Shown here: positions 37,811 through 51,932 of the stretch, piece after piece | Numbering within the stretch: position 1 is the first letter of the stretch | Layout of the letters: every line of letters begins with the position of its first letter | Source: Eledone cirrhosa | Lineage: Eukaryota | Direction: 5' to 3' | Assembly (NCBI GenBank): GCA_964016885.1 | Contig: OZ024750.1 | Location: forward strand, 24,366,001-24,430,000 | Length of the DNA: 64,000 bases | The notes under the pieces: model-generated | The model's input: the letters and a program-made list of their open reading frames with translations, nothing else | What the model was told of the DNA's origin: nothing | Database searches by the model: none | Position numbers and translations under genes: made by a program

Positions 37811-38804
37811 GTACATGTGTGTGTAATTATTTACATATGTCTATATTTTCATGAGTATAATTTTTATTAGTCAGATATATCGTAACAGTGATGCAGTTAC
37901 AATGCTGCTTTGTAAGTTTCAATGTCTTGCTAATGTGGTTTCATGCGCTACAGGATATTAAGAGTTAATAAAATACCGAGAAAAAAAATGTCAGGTGGCA
38001 GTAGTCCTGTTTTTCTTTCTGAGTTTATATAAATATACTTTAGCTGTTTAAATATTTTAATTATAACCATTAAACCAGCTTTATATATGATATAACCGTC
38101 TACTAATACATATATTTTAAATGATTGCGAAATTACTCGACTACTGCACTTAATTCATAAAACCGTTAGCTTTTTTTTTATTTACACACATAGACACCAG
38201 TTTATTTAAACACTATGTAATAAAATAATTGTTTCCGCTCTTCTCTCTTTTTAATAAGGTTCATAGTTTGTTAACTTTCACTGACGTCATGTCATGTCTC
38301 TTCTCAACAATAAACCGTTAAACAAAAGACCCCGCCTTTTTCTCTACACAGATAACACAATTATATTGATGACAACAGCATCAGCAGCAGCAACAAGAAC
38401 AAGAACAACAGCTACTACTACTACTACTACTACTAACTAATAATTGTTTCTACGTTGGGAACAAGGCCAGCAATGACCCAAGCGTGTTATTGGTTCTTTA
38501 TTTTATCGACCCCGAAAGGACGGAAGGCAAAGCTACCCTCGGCGGGATTTGAACTCAGAACGTAAAGAGCCATAACTCTATGCCGCTAAGCATGTTTTCC
38601 GACGCTCTACCGATTCTGCCAAAATAATGATTTCTAATTTAGGCACAAGGTACACTCTAGTACTTTATTTTATCGACCACGGAAGGATGAAAGGCAAAGT
38701 TAACCTCAGTGAGATTTGTACTGAAAACATAAAGGGTCGTAACTATATGTAGAAAAGCATTTTGTCCGACGCTCTACCGATTCTACCAATTAACAGCTCT
38801 CATA

Positions 38805-39378
38805 GTCTTCTTTTTCATCCACTTATTCCTGAGAAGGTCGAGGGGACAGAGTCCTCAAACACTCCTTCCACCAGGTCCTGTCAGAACCAACCGTTTCCAA
38901 CTGATCCGGCTGGATCTCCAAGCGTGACCAACCATCTTGCTCGGGGTCTATCCCTGGGTCTCCTGCCGGTTGGTTTTGCCCGTAAAATCTGTCCAGCGAT
39001 TCTTTCCTGGGACATTCTAACCACATGCCCATAGTATCGGAGCTGTGATCTCTCAATTCGGCGAAGTAGTGGCTCTACCTGCAGTGACTCTCTGATCTCT
39101 GAGTTACACACTTTATCGAGTTACGTTACTCCAAAGACCCTTCGTGGGTATCCCATTTCGATCACTTGTATTCGCGATCGTATTTTTTCGGTCATTACCC
39201 AAGATTCATGACCATAAGTAAAGGTTGGCACAAAAACTGAATGTTGAAGCTGGCGCATTACTGCACCAGCTTTTGCAATTCTTGCACTTAATTCAGCCTC
39301 TTGCCTTCCATCACTCGTGAACACGGCCTCTACCTGCTTCAGTGGAACTCCATTCACATGTAGAGTGCACTGCGCCTC
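38805..39378 (-). mobile_element. RTE LINE 3' fragment
   Basis: VPTFTYGHESWVMTEK and IERSQLRYYGHVVRM..GRRPRDRPRARW. Confidence 0.85.
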
Positions 39379-41789
39379 TCATAGTCAACTAATAATTGTT
39401 TCAACTTTTGGCACAAGGCCAGCAATTACCCAGTGCATTACTGGTACTTTATTTTATCGACCCCGTAAGGATGAAAGGCAAAGTTAACCTCGTAGTCAAC
39501 TAATAATAATAGATATGTTGTTTAAGGCCAGATTAAAGCAACTAGAAGCCAGAGCTAGAGAACATTTACTGAGAAGAAATCTATAGAAAAACAAAAGCAC
39601 ATAAATGTAGGCCTACACAAGGATCCATGCCGACCTTTGGAATGGACTTCTACCGGTTTCTACGAGGAGTGTTTCAAATTGAATTAACGCATAAATGGCT
39701 GAGCATTCCACAGACACCTGAATGAAAAGTAAAGAACTGGAAGAAATATCGCAAAACATTTTCCCGAGATTCCACACTGCAATGATGATTATTTATAATC
39801 TAGGCACAAGGCCAGCAATATGGGAGAGAGAAAAGACGATTAAATTGACCCCAGTGCTTGACTGGTACTTCGGAGTGGACCTTAGCGAGATTTGAACTCA
39901 GAATGTACATAGAAGAAAGAAATGCCACAAAGCCTTTTATCCGCCGCCCTAACGGTTCTGACAATCCACTGCAATAATAATTGTTTCTACTTTTGGCACA
40001 AGGCCAGCAATTACTCCAGTGCATTACTGGTACTTTATTTTGTCGACCCCGTAAGGATGAAAGGCAAAGTTAACCTCGGCGGGATTTGAACTCAACGAAA
40101 CACATAGTAATATAACTGAAGACGGAGAGATGAGGAGACAGACAGTTAACCTCGGCGGGATTTGAACTCAGAACGTAAAGGGCCGTAACTCTATGCTGCA
40201 AAAAGCATGGTGCCTGACGCTCTACCGATACTACCAACCCACTGCAATAATAATAATTTCTGATTTAGGCACACGGCCAGCAATTTTAGGAGAAGGGAAA
40301 GTCGATGAAATCAAACCCCAGTGCATTACTGGTACCTTATTTTATCGAGTGCTGCCTTTAAAGATGAAAGGCAAAGTTAACCTCGGCGGGATTTAAACTC
40401 AGAACGTAAGTGGTTGTAACTCTATGCCACAAATCATGGTGTCTGAGAAGTACATCAAAACGAGGTGAGTATGTCAGTGAACAACGAACGACTACAGCAA
40501 TAGCAACAGAAGTATATTTATAGACATTAAGTTGACATGTTAATGTTTAAAATATGTGTGTTGGAGTGATGGTTGAGAGATGGCATAGCTTTATCATAAG
40601 ATAGTCGGATTGATAAATAAAGATGGTGTCGATGATATAGATTGATAAATAAAGAAGATGGCTGTATCATAGCCATATCATCCGATAGTCAGGTTGTAAA
40701 GTAAAGATAAAAGACAGAGAGACACAGCAGATATCATCACCGTAAGATAATACATAGTAATATAAATAAAGACAGAAATAATGACATAGAAATAATAGTT
40801 TCTACTTTTGGCACATGGCCAGCAAATAACCAGTGTATTACTGGTACTTTATTTTATCGACCCCGTAAGGATGAAAGGCAAAGTTAACCTCGGCGGGATT
40901 TGAACTCAATGAAACACATAGTAATATAACTGAAGACGGAGAGATGAGGAGACAGGCAGGCAGGCAGATAGGCAGGCATGCATAATGGAGGGTTCCTAGA
41001 AGCAGACGACATCTGATAGTTAGTAGAAAACAAATTAAACAATGAAATGATTCACTATATTAAATTACTATTGACATATTTAATACTAGGAAGGTTACAC
41101 TGTTAATTAGAAATAGCTATATGATATGACAGACATATATAAGTTAAGTTAGTATAAACATATTTAATGCTGGGATGGTTAAATACTAATAAAAAAAATT
41201 ACAGTGAAATTCCGTTATAACGAAATTCACGGGGTATAAAAAGAATTCGTTGTTACGAAAAATTCTTTATAACGAGATCGACCGAAACAAATCATAGTTA
41301 AGTTAGTATTAAGTTAGTATGTAGTTAAGTTAGTATTAACATATTTAATACTGGGGTGGTTAAACATTTGATATACGTATAATGTAATTATACGTATATC
41401 AAACACAGCAAACACAGACATTCTTCAATGGTAGTAATGGCTGGACAAATTATAGACATATAATGGAATAATTGTAGACAGACCAAGATATTAGAATATC
41501 CTTCCTCTTTCTCTCTATTGATATCTTGCAAGATCGATCAATTCAAGTGATACCAAATCACACTTAAGTTGACTTTGCCATCCACCATTCGATGATCGAT
41601 AAAATAAATGTCAGTCAGGTATTTAATTAACGTTAGAGTCTGTCCTAAGCCCAGAAGTCTGTTACCCCAAAGCTGATGATGGTTTCATTGGCGTTAAGTC
41701 ACTGAGAGTATAAGACTCTCCACCTCTGGACTGGGTGCCAGTCCATCACATGTTTAACTCCCAGTTGCAACTGCTAGTACTGGTACACT

Positions 41790-42045
41790 TCCTCTTCACC
41801 CACTTATTCCCGAGAGGGTCTTGGGGGCAGAGTCCTCAAACACTTCGTTCAGTGGGTCCGTCTCCAACTGATCCAGCTGGATCCCCAAGCGAAACCAGCC
41901 AAGTTCATGGATGTTATCCAACCATCTTGCTCGGGGGTCCACCCTGGGTCTCTCACCGGTTGGTTTCGCCCGTAAAATCTGTCCAGCGATTCTTTCCTGA
42001 GACATTCTAACCATGTGCCCATAGTATCTGAGCTGTGATCTCTGA
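41790..42045 (-). mobile_element. RTE LINE 3' fragment
   Basis: MVRMSQERIAGQILRAKPTGERPR..RARW. Confidence 0.8.
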
Positions 42046-42747
42046 TCACACTATACGGTCATATAAAAACAGCACTACTAGGCACTTATAGAAACAACAC
42101 CACCAAAAGCCACACTGCACATAGCCAAGGCACACAGTACTGTGCTCGGTAATGCAGTAACGATGCGCAATAAAAATAACTAATGATAATGGCTTTTGAT
42201 TTAAATACAAGGCCAGAAATTTGGGGAGAGCGGAAAGTCGATTAAATCGACCCCAGTGTATTACTGGTATTTTATTTTATCGACCCCGTAAGGATGAAAG
42301 GCAAAGTTAACCTCGGCGGGATTTGAACTCGGAATGGCAAGAGCCGTAACTCTATGCGTCAAAGCATGGCGTCCGACCCTCTACCGATACTGCCAATGGT
42401 TTCTTATATAGGCACAAGCTCAGCAATTTTGGGGAAGAAGGGGGTCGATTAAATGGAACCCCAGTGCGTGACTGGTACTTTATTTTATCGACCTCGTAAG
42501 GATGAAAGGCAAAGTTAACCTCGGCGGGATTTGAACGCAGAACGTAAAGGGCCATAACTCTGTGTCGCAAAGCATCGTGTCTGACGCTCTATCGATAACA
42601 AACATCCACACAATCCCAAAGTAACATACTCCACCCCTGCCTTATAGCACCCCAGGCCCCTAGTTTAAACACGGTTATACAAGGATGTAACAAAGATAAA
42701 CTGATAAGACAATCATAATGATAACAATAATACTAAAAATAACAAGT

Positions 42748-43120
42748 GATGATGATGGTGGTGGTGGTGGTGGTGGTGGTGGTGATAATGATGGTGGTGG
42801 TGGTGGTGATGTAGTGGTGTTAGTGGCGGTTGTGACGGTGGTGTTGGTGGTGTCGGTGATGGTGGTGGTGGTGGTGATAATGATGGTGGTGGTGGTGATG
42901 TGGTGGTGTTAGTGGCGGTTGTGACGGTGGTGTTGGTGGTATCGGTGATGGTGGTGGTGGTGGTGGTGGTGGTGGTGGAGGAATGGGAGTGATGATGGTG
43001 GTGGTGGTGGTGATTATGATGATAATGATGGTGGTGATGATGGTGGTGGTGGTGTTGGCGATGATGGTGGTGGTGGTGATTATGAAGATAATGATGGCGG
43101 TGGTGGTGGTGTTGGCGATG
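42748..43120. repeat. (GGT/GAT)n trinucleotide repeat
   Basis: Visible directly. Confidence 0.95.
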
Positions 43121-43321
43121 ATAACGACAGTAATATTAATCAGTAGCAGCAGCAAAGGTTGATAAGAAAAAAAAAAAACGTTTTCTTTTTGTTGTTTTTT
43201 TTTAATAATATAAAATCAAAAAAACATCTTGAATGTCTTTTTTGCCAAAAACATATTTTCCTTATCTTTTATCTGTGTTGCGACGTTAGATTCTGTGCCA
43301 AAGAGATGTAGCCAGCAGCCT

Positions 43322-45600
43322 TGTTGTCATTACAACTCTCACCTATGTAGTTTAACTGGCCTCCTACAAGATTGCATCTCATAGGAGGTTTCTTGCGTAT
43401 TTTAATGATAGAGGCCTCTCCCATCATGTTGTCATTACAACTCTCACCTATGTAGTTTAACTGGCCTCCTACAAGGTTTGCATCTCATAGGAGGTTTCTT
43501 GCGTATTTTAATGATAGAGGCCTCTCCCATCATGTTGTCATTACAACTCTCACCTATGTAGTTTAACTGGCCTCCTACAAGATTGCATCTCATAGGAGGT
43601 TTCTTGCGTATTTTAATGATAGAGGCCTCTCCCATCATGTTGTCATTACAACTCTCACCTATGTAGTTTAACTGGCCTCCTACAAGGTTTGCATCTCATA
43701 GGAGGTTTCTTGCGTATTTTAATGATAAAGGCCTCTCCCATCATGTTGTTTACAACTCTCACCTATGTAGTTTAACTGGCCTCCTACAAGGTTTGCATCT
43801 CATAGGAGGTTTCTTGCGTATTTTAATGACAAAGGCCTCTCCCATCATGTTGTTTACAACTCACACCTATGTAGTTTAACTGGCCTCCTACAAGGTTTGC
43901 ATCTCATAGGAGGTTTCTTGCGTATTTTAATGATAGAGGCCTCTCCCATCATGTTGTTTACAACTCACACCTATGTAGTTTAACTGGCCTCCTACAAGGT
44001 TTGCATCTCATAGGAGGTTTCTTGCGTATTTTAATGATAGAGGCCTCTCCCATCATGTTGTCATTACAACTCTCACCTATGTAGTTTAACTGGCCTCCTA
44101 CAAGGTTTGCATCTCATAGGAGGTTTCTTGCGTATTTTAATGATAGAGGCCTCTCCCATCATGTTGTTTACAACTCACACCTATGTAGTTTAACTGGCCT
44201 CCTACAAGGTTTGCATCTCATAGGAGGTTTCTTGCGTATTTTAATGATAGAGGCCTCTCCCATCATGTTGTCATTACAACTCTCACCTATGTAGTTTAAC
44301 TGGCCTCCTACAAGGTTTGCATCTCATAGGAGGTTTCTTGCGTATTTTAATGACAAAGGCCTCTCCCATCATGTTGTTTACAACTCACACCTATGTAGTT
44401 TAACTGGCCTCCTACAAGGTTTGCATCTCATAGGAGGTTTCTTGCGTATTTTAATGATAGAGGCCTCTCCCATCATGTTGTCATTACAACTCTCACCTAT
44501 GTAGTTTAACTGGCCTCCTACAAGGTTTGCATCTCATAGGAGGTTTCTTGCGTATTTTAATGACAAAGGCCTCTCCCATCATGTTGTTTACAACTCACAC
44601 CTATGTAGTTTAACTGGCCTCCTACAAGGTTTGCATCTCATAGGAGGTTTCTTGCGTATTTTAATGATAGAGGCCTCTCCCATCATGTTGTCATTACAAC
44701 TCTCACCTATGTAGTTTAACTGGCCTCCTACAAGGTTTGCATCTCATAGGAGGTTTCTTGCGTATTTTAATGACAAAGGCCTCTCCCATCATGTTGTTTA
44801 CAACTCACACCTATGTAGTTTAACTGGCCTCCTACAAGGTTTGCATCTCATAGGAGGTTTCTTGCGTATTTTAATGATAGAGGCCTCTCCCATCATGTTG
44901 TCATTACAACTCTCACCTATGTAGTTTAACTGGCCTCCTACAAGGTTTGCATCTCATAGGAGGTTTCTTGCGTATTTTAATGATAAAGGCCTCTCCCATC
45001 ATGTTGTTTACAACTCACACCTATGTAGTTTAACTGGCCTCCTACAAGGTTTGCATCTCATAGGAGGTTTCTTGCGTATTTTAATGATAAAGGCCTGTTC
45101 TATCGTGTTGATGTTGTCACAGCTCACACATATGAAGATTTAGCTGGCCTCCTACAAGGTTTCATCTCATAGGAGGTTTCTTGGCTGTCTTAACGAGAGG
45201 AATTTCAATCCTATGTTGTTGTTATATCTCACATCTATGTAGGTTTGGCTGGCCTCATATGAGTTTTTTTTTGGGGGGGGGGGGTATTTTAATGATAGGG
45301 ACTCCAGTTCTATCATGTTATTACAGCTCTCACCTATGTAGGTCTAGATGGACTCCTACGAGGTTGCATCTCATAGGAGGTTTCTTGGGTATTTTGATGA
45401 TAGAGGCCTATGTAAGTTTAGCTAGCCTCTTACGATATTAAATTTCATAGGTTTCTCGGGTGTTTTAACGATAGGGATCTCAGTCGTAAGCTATTGTTAC
45501 AGTTCACACACATATATAGGTTCAGCTAGCCCTCTACAAGATTGTATCTCATGAAATTTCTCGGGTGTTTTAAGGATAGAGGTTCCAGCCCTATCATAAA
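43322..45600. repeat. ~105-bp satellite (about 17 homogeneous units plus degenerate tail)
   Basis: Unit ctctcacctatgtagtttaactggcctcctacaagg...ccatcatgttgtcattacaa; 103- and 106-bp variants. Confidence 0.95.
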
Positions 45601-46189
45601 AATACTGTTCCCTGGATTGGACGCTTGTCCATTGTAAGTGTTAGTCCCTTGCTGCTGGTATTCATTGTTTTCAGTTAAGTAGAATAGAGCAGCGTGAAAT
45701 GAAGACTTTTGCTCAAGGACACAATGTATCACCTGGTCCAGGAATTCTAGTTGGTGGTTTAGAATTTAACGATTGTCTTAAAAGAAACATATGAGACATT
45801 GGAACATTGTAGAATACATATTATTTTTCTTTAAATCCAAGACCAACAACAACGAGAAATTAAGAACACGATCAAGGAGAAGGAGGATGTGGAGAAGGCC
45901 AGAGTCCACATGGACTATTCAAGAAAGCTATCACAAGACACTAGGAAAACAGAACATGCAACAGAATGAAAACTCAAGAGGAGAACTGACACTCAATGCG
46001 TTAAATATTAACTAACCTTTAAATTTATTATAAATATTAACAGCAGAAGCATAATAACGACAACAATAATAACAGCAATAATAAACAAAGAAAAGGAAAC
46101 AAGAGAAAAAAAGAATAGGAAAATATAGAGAAAAAGAGAAAAAGAGAAAAAGAAAGAAAAAGAACGGGAAAGGGGAGGAGCTGGCAAGA

Positions 46190-46895
46190 ACTCTGGTGTC
46201 GCAGAGGAGAGGGGGTGTGAAGGGGAAGGGTGATTGGGCTTTGGGCCTAGGGCAAGGGGGCAGAAGGGTTGTGCCCCGCGGACAAGACCGTCAAAGCATT
46301 CCCGCGGAAAATGGCCAGTAACACCCGCTGCAACAGCCACCCAACCTCGCAGGGCTACCTCCTCAAACGGGCCGCCGAGATTCCGATCTCGCGGAAGAAG
46401 ACCTGCAATTGATATCGCCCCAATTACATTAGACTGTAGTATACTGGAGGATAGAGAGGCCTTCACTTGTCCAAAATAGGTCAGAGCCTGTTCCATCTCA
46501 GGTTCGGCTGTCTGGCTGAGAACCTCGCTGATGAGAGCGTGACTGGAGGAGATAGAGGGGAGGTAAGCAGGTAAAGTTAGATCCGAAGTTGATCGGAGGC
46601 CGAAGCCACTGAGCCTCGCTGGGAATGTCACTTGTTGCCAGCCTGTGTTGTCGAAACTGACATTGCAGATGAGTTCCGCACAGCGTCGAATGGTGGCGTC
46701 AAGTTCCCCGAAAAGATCTGCGTGGGAGTGACAAGATGCACTACGCAGCGTGAACGTGAATTTGGGGAGGGCGAAGCAGTTCCCCAAGAGGAAGAGCGCA
46801 GGATGAGCGTCAATGAGGTGCCGCCTCTCTGCCAATCGGGACAAATCGGCATGCTTGGTCTCGAGGCATTCTCTTATGGAATTTTTTATTATTTT
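46190..46895 (-). mobile_element. CRE-like RT C-terminal/thumb fragment
   Basis: HPALFLLGNCFALPKFTFTLRS..WQQVTFPARLSGFGLRS..LPAYL, as in CRE-clade ORFs. Confidence 0.72.
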
Positions 46896-46972
46896 CAAAA
46901 TTATTTGAAATTTATGGGCAATGTTTTCTGTTAGAAATATGGCACTGAAAATGTTAGAGTTTATATTTAACT

Positions 46973-49122
46973 TGTAGCAAGAGTTACCTCCTTTGTTGTG
47001 ACGATGACATCACCAATAGAGTAACGCTCTCTAGACAGGAAGTAGCTGGAGTTGCTTCTCGTTGGGGTGGCAGAGCCCTTTTTGTCACTTCCGCCCCAGG
47101 ACCTATAAAGGGAATAACTTTCAGCTCTCTCTCTCTCATTTGCCTTTCGGCTCCTGGCCTTCTAACCTGCCTGGCCCTTCGGCCAGGCGCGTTCGCCTGG
47201 AAACCCTAACATGGTCTCTTGCGAGCTAACTTCAAAACGGTAACAAATAACTTTACTTCATTCTTTCATTGACTTGTCAACCATTCTGTTCTACATAACT
47301 GCAACTTATTAATTAAACGTTATATACACAACTGAGAATCTTTGTTATATTCATATACCCAGCGTAGTGTTATAAGTGGTGACCCCGAATAGAAAAGAAA
47401 AAAATAACAGAATCTGGTGTTGTGTGAGTAGGGAAAAAAGAAAATTAATTAGCAGTACCCCATTTTCGTTGGAATGTGTCGACCAACATTTCGAATACGC
47501 AGCAAACTTTATTAACAAACTAGGAAAATATGCAGACACAGAAACGAACACACGCACATGTGAAATTCTCGTTCAGACAGACTCTTTTTCTCTCACGCAC
47601 GTGTCGTACATCAACTAAGTGTCGCATTTCACTGGATGTATATATATGATTTGATTTTTTTTTTTTACACTTTTCAACAGGAACATTTATTTTTGCTGAA
47701 TCTCAACTATTGCTTATTCTTTCCACCAAGTTTTTTTTTTTTTCATCGTTCACAAAAAAATTGAACTCGCCATATTTGTTATACTAAGTGAAGACTTTCT
47801 TTCTTTTCCATCATATTGTCACGTTCACACACACATTTTTCAAAATGGCTGCCAACGACCTGTTGCACTATCATTTTCGCGCCATTTTCTCGCGCAATAG
47901 AAATATTATTTTTCTCAACTTAACCTTGTTTCGGCACGTGTAGGCAGCACACATCTCAACTCACTGAGATAACCACACGCCAGGGATAATGTTTCTCGCC
48001 AAGGATTCTCCAGCCTTAAGCTATATTCTCCTATTTGCCGGTTTAAAAATTTACCACGTAAATTTGCCGTTGAAAACTGCGCATTTATTCAGAATGCTTA
48101 TTTCTTTGGTCGCTGGCCTCTTGACCCTTCCAGGTCAACGCATTCTCAACATGGACCATCAACTTCGGCTGTTATTTCTAGCACTTTGCGCATCTCATTT
48201 TTCTTGAAATTTTTTTACTGTGAATTTAAACATCGAATACGCTCACTCTGCGAGACATCAACAACAACACAGCTTCATCAACAACCAAAACCAGCAGAAC
48301 AAGCCAGAGAATTTATTTTTGCAGCACTCTTCCTGTGAGAAAATCCCTTCGGAGGTTGGAAATTTCACGTTATACCACAGGCCAGAAACCACCTGCATTC
48401 ATTCTCTGGAACACACTTTCTTTCCTGCTGTCATGTGATTGCACACATGTGAACTGTATTTAAAACATTTGAACTTTGACCTCTTCTTTTACTTTGATTA
48501 CATTGTATCTTTGAGTGATGGATAGATAGTTCTCTGGCCAAGAGCGGTTGGCTACCTTGATATTTATCATTGATTTTTGCATGCATATATTTTGCTGTTT
48601 ATCTTTTATTGCAAACATTATTTTTTTTCGTAATTTTCATGCCTGTTACATGCTCGCCATCTTACTCCATACATGTTTCATTCGATTTTTATGTTTTAAA
48701 AATCTGGCGGGAGATAATGTAGCAAGAGTTGCCTCCCTTGTTGTGACGATGACATCACCAATAGAGTAACGCTCTCTAGACAGGAAGTAACTGGAGTTGT
48801 TTCCCGTTGGGGAGGCAGAGCCCTTTTTGTCACTTCCGCCCCAGGACCTATAAAGGGAATAACTTTCATCTCTCTCTCTCTCTCTCTCATTTGCCTTTCG
48901 GCTCCTGGCCTTCTAACCTGCCTGGCCCTTCGGCCAGGCGTGTTCGCCTGGCAACCCTAACATGGTCTCTTGCGAGCTAACTTCAAAACGGTAACAAATA
49001 ACTTTACTACTTTCATTGACTTGTCAACCATTCTGTTCTACATAACTGCAACTTATTAATTAAACGTTATATACACAACTGAGCATCTTTGTTATATTCA
49101 TACACACCAGTATTTTGTTATA
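46973..49122 (+). mobile_element. Complete non-autonomous LTR retroelement (Gypsy-like)
   Basis: Direct repeats 46973-47374 and 48718-49122, both starting TGTAGC; PBS TGGTGACCCCGA (47377-47388), complementary to the tRNA-Trp 3' end; purine tract GGCGGGAGATAA before the 3' LTR; flanks AACT/ATCT; TATAAA inside the LTR. Confidence 0.9.
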
Positions 49123-49329
49123 ATCTAAACAACTTTCATCATAATTTTACCTAAGCACTTTTATTAAGTTGATTAATAATTTAGTGTTTTAAATAAATGT
49201 TATTATCAAGGATTAACCGTCAACATAATATTACAAATAGGAAAAGAAAAAAAAAAAGAAAAGGGAAAGGAAAAAAGAAAGAGAAAAAAAACACAAGCAG
49301 GTCACACATCTAGGACCACCTACAACAAA

Positions 49330-49825
49330 AGGGGTGGACAAACGAACCGCTGCCAGAACAAAAGATAACAGTATCGCGAGGAACACTGGGAAACCTTTCT
49401 AATAATTTTTGAGGCAAGCCAGCACGCTCGCAGCGTTACCTCAGGGTGTTGATGAGGCTGATGCGCTGGAATAGTCAAGCGTCTTCACGAGCATCACCAG
49501 TACCCTCGGTTAGGTGAGCCGCCAGTGAAGACAAGAACCTCGCAGCTAACAGCCAGACGCTCCTAAAAATCCCGAACGCCACAGGCTGGAAACTGTAGTT
49601 AGTCGACAGATCACGGTATTTTAGGATTGTGTTCCGAACGGCTGCGGAAGCTGTAGCTTTCGCCATAGCTGCCGCATCCAGGATGCGAGAAGCAAAAGAA
49701 TCACAAACTGTGACGTCCCAGATAAGACACCTGCCTCTTAACCAGGGGCATTGAGTAAGACCGTCAGGTCTTTTCTTATCAATTCTGGACAACCCAGACG
49801 GTTCCAAAATTGAAGGGATGTTTGG
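49330..49825 (-). mobile_element. CRE-like endonuclease fragment (second subfamily)
   Basis: EPSGLSRIDKKRPDGLTQCPWLRGRCLIWDVTVCDSFA..KYRDLSTNYSFQPVAF. Confidence 0.8.
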
Positions 49826-50227
49826 CCGTTCAAAAATAATAGGCAGTGTCTTTCAATAGAAATATGGTAATGCAAAGGTTAAATTGTTTATATTTATCTA
49901 AAAGCCTTCCATCATAATTTTATCTAAAAACCTTTATTTGCCAAATACCAGCTTAATAACGAGAAAGATAGTTATGTAACTAAATCTCTCCAAATTCTAG
50001 GACAGGTTGTTATCAGATAATCATAAAGTTAGTCATATACAAGATATTGGCGAGTTAGGTCTTTTCCATCACAGAAATCACTATAATAGACTAAAATATA
50101 TAGAAATCATAGAACTTACTTGATATTAGCACAGGTTCACAATTATCGATAGTTCTGTAATATATCTTTGATAAAACCATTTAAATACATATTGCATGAA
50201 CATCTTTAACGAATTCTGCTAGGAGTT

Positions 50228-50518
50228 TTGTTGCTATTGTTGCAGTTAATGTTGTTGTTGCTGTTCTCGTTGTTGTTGTGGCTGTTATTGTTGCTGTTAT
50301 TGTTACAGTTGTTGCTGTTATTGTTACAGTTGTTGTTGTTGTTGTTACAGTTGTTGTTGTTGTTACAGTTGTTGCTGTTATTGTTATAGTTGTTGCTGTT
50401 ATTGACCTTGTTGCTGCTGCTGTTATCGTTGTTACTACAATGTTTGTTACAGTTTTTGTTAGTTGTTGTTGCACTTACTGCTGCTTTTGTTGCAGTTGGT
50501 CTTGTTGTTGTTGTTGTT
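50228..50518. repeat. (TTG)n-rich repeat
   Basis: Visible directly. Confidence 0.9.
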
Positions 50519-50727
50519 TAGGATTGATTTAACAAACATTTTACCAGCTTTCAGTTTTCGTTGCAATAAAAAAAAAACAACACAACTTCGATGACAACAA
50601 AGTTGTCAATAATTTACATCGGAAGTGAAACGTAGTAATAGCTACCGTGAAGAGGAAGTGGAGGTCACGTGTATCAAATGTTTATTTACTGCAGAAGTAC
50701 ATTTTAAAAGTTTAAAATTAGCCTTAC

Positions 50728-50850
50728 CTCTTGTCAATTGAGATCTCTTTAAAAGCAGTCATCAATGTCTTTAAGTGTTAAAAGTAGCTGTTATTTTAAG
50801 ATGTGACTATGGCAATTATTGTTGGGTGCGGTCGTCCACCATATTAAGAA
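50728..50850 (-). other. Putative first exon (possible start MTAFKEISIDK, phase-2 intron)
   Basis: Donor GAG|GTAAGG at 50727; ATG at 50762. Nearby are CGGAAGTG and GGAAGTG (ETS-like) and GTCACGTG (E-box) motifs at about 50620-50672. No homology recognised. Confidence 0.4.
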
Positions 50851-51174
50851 CAGTAACAACAAGAGCAATAAGATAACTATGACATGAGTTATGCAGACAG
50901 ATACATGGAACGTAAGCACGGTTGCATGGTTAAGAAGATTTTAGGGTTCAATCCCTCTACGAGACATCGTGGGACAAATGTCATTTCCCATAGACACGGA
51001 TTGACACAAATCTTGTGAATGTAACCAATAGATGGAAACTATGTACAAGGCGCTTGTCAGAAGGATTACACACACACACCACAGATAATCAACAACGTAT
51101 GAAGAATGTATTGAAAATATTTTATTGAAATAAAAATGTCATTTTATATATATATGGTGTTTGTTCTTTGACAG

Positions 51175-51850
51175 CTCCAACAGAAGTACCTTAAGCAAAA
51201 TAAGGGGCTGTACATGGCATTTGTTGATTTGACTAAAGCATTCAATACTGAAAAGGAATGTAGCAGATCATGGAACTGAATCATGTAGCTGAAAAGGAAT
51301 GTAGCAGATCATGGAACGATTCAGCTGTCCCCCAAAGTTCCTGAACTTGGTCATCCAGCTACATGAAGACCAGCATGGCCAAGTCAGACTCAGCAGTGAC
51401 CTCTCAGAGATTCTTGATCATAAACACAGTGAAGCATGGTTGTTTCCTGGCACAGACTTTCTTCATCATCTTCTTCAGCATAATGCTCAAGCAAGCCACA
51501 AATGACAAGGACGGAGTCTACATCAGATATTCTCTTGATGGCAGCCTGTTTAATCTTCATCAACTACAGGCCCACATGAAGACCCTGGATCAATTGATCT
51601 GAAACCTTCTCTTTGCTGACAATGCTGCTCTAGTTGCCCACAGAGAAAGAGATCACTTCCTGCTTCGCAGAAACTGTCCAGAGGCTGAAAGTCAGCTTAA
51701 AGAAGATGAAGGTACTCCACCAGCATGCACCTCAGGAAGAGTACTGCCTATCCCATATCACCATTAGGGAGACTGAACAGAAAACAGTTCACCTAACTGG
51801 GGTGCACCATCACATCAGATGTCAAGATCAACAGGGGAATCAGCAACAGA
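51175..51850 (+). mobile_element. RTE (BovB-like) LINE reverse transcriptase remnant
   Basis: LYMAFVDLTKAF, CPPKFLNLVIQLHE, VKHGCFLA, DGSLFNL and LLFADNAAL across frameshifts. Confidence 0.85.
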
Positions 51851-51932
51851 GAGAAAGAGTGAAAAAGGGAGTGTGTGTGTGTGAAAGAGAGATGGATCAT
51901 TTATGACATCAGAATGAAAATGATGACAACAG

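Noticed and set aside
46008-46898. 296-aa ORF as a host gene
   Set aside because: The N-terminal half is CRE-like retrotransposon sequence and the tail is low-complexity T-rich read-through.
46190-49825. One CRE element split by the LTR insertion
   Set aside because: Domain order on the minus strand (endonuclease upstream of RT thumb) is reversed, so they are separate copies.
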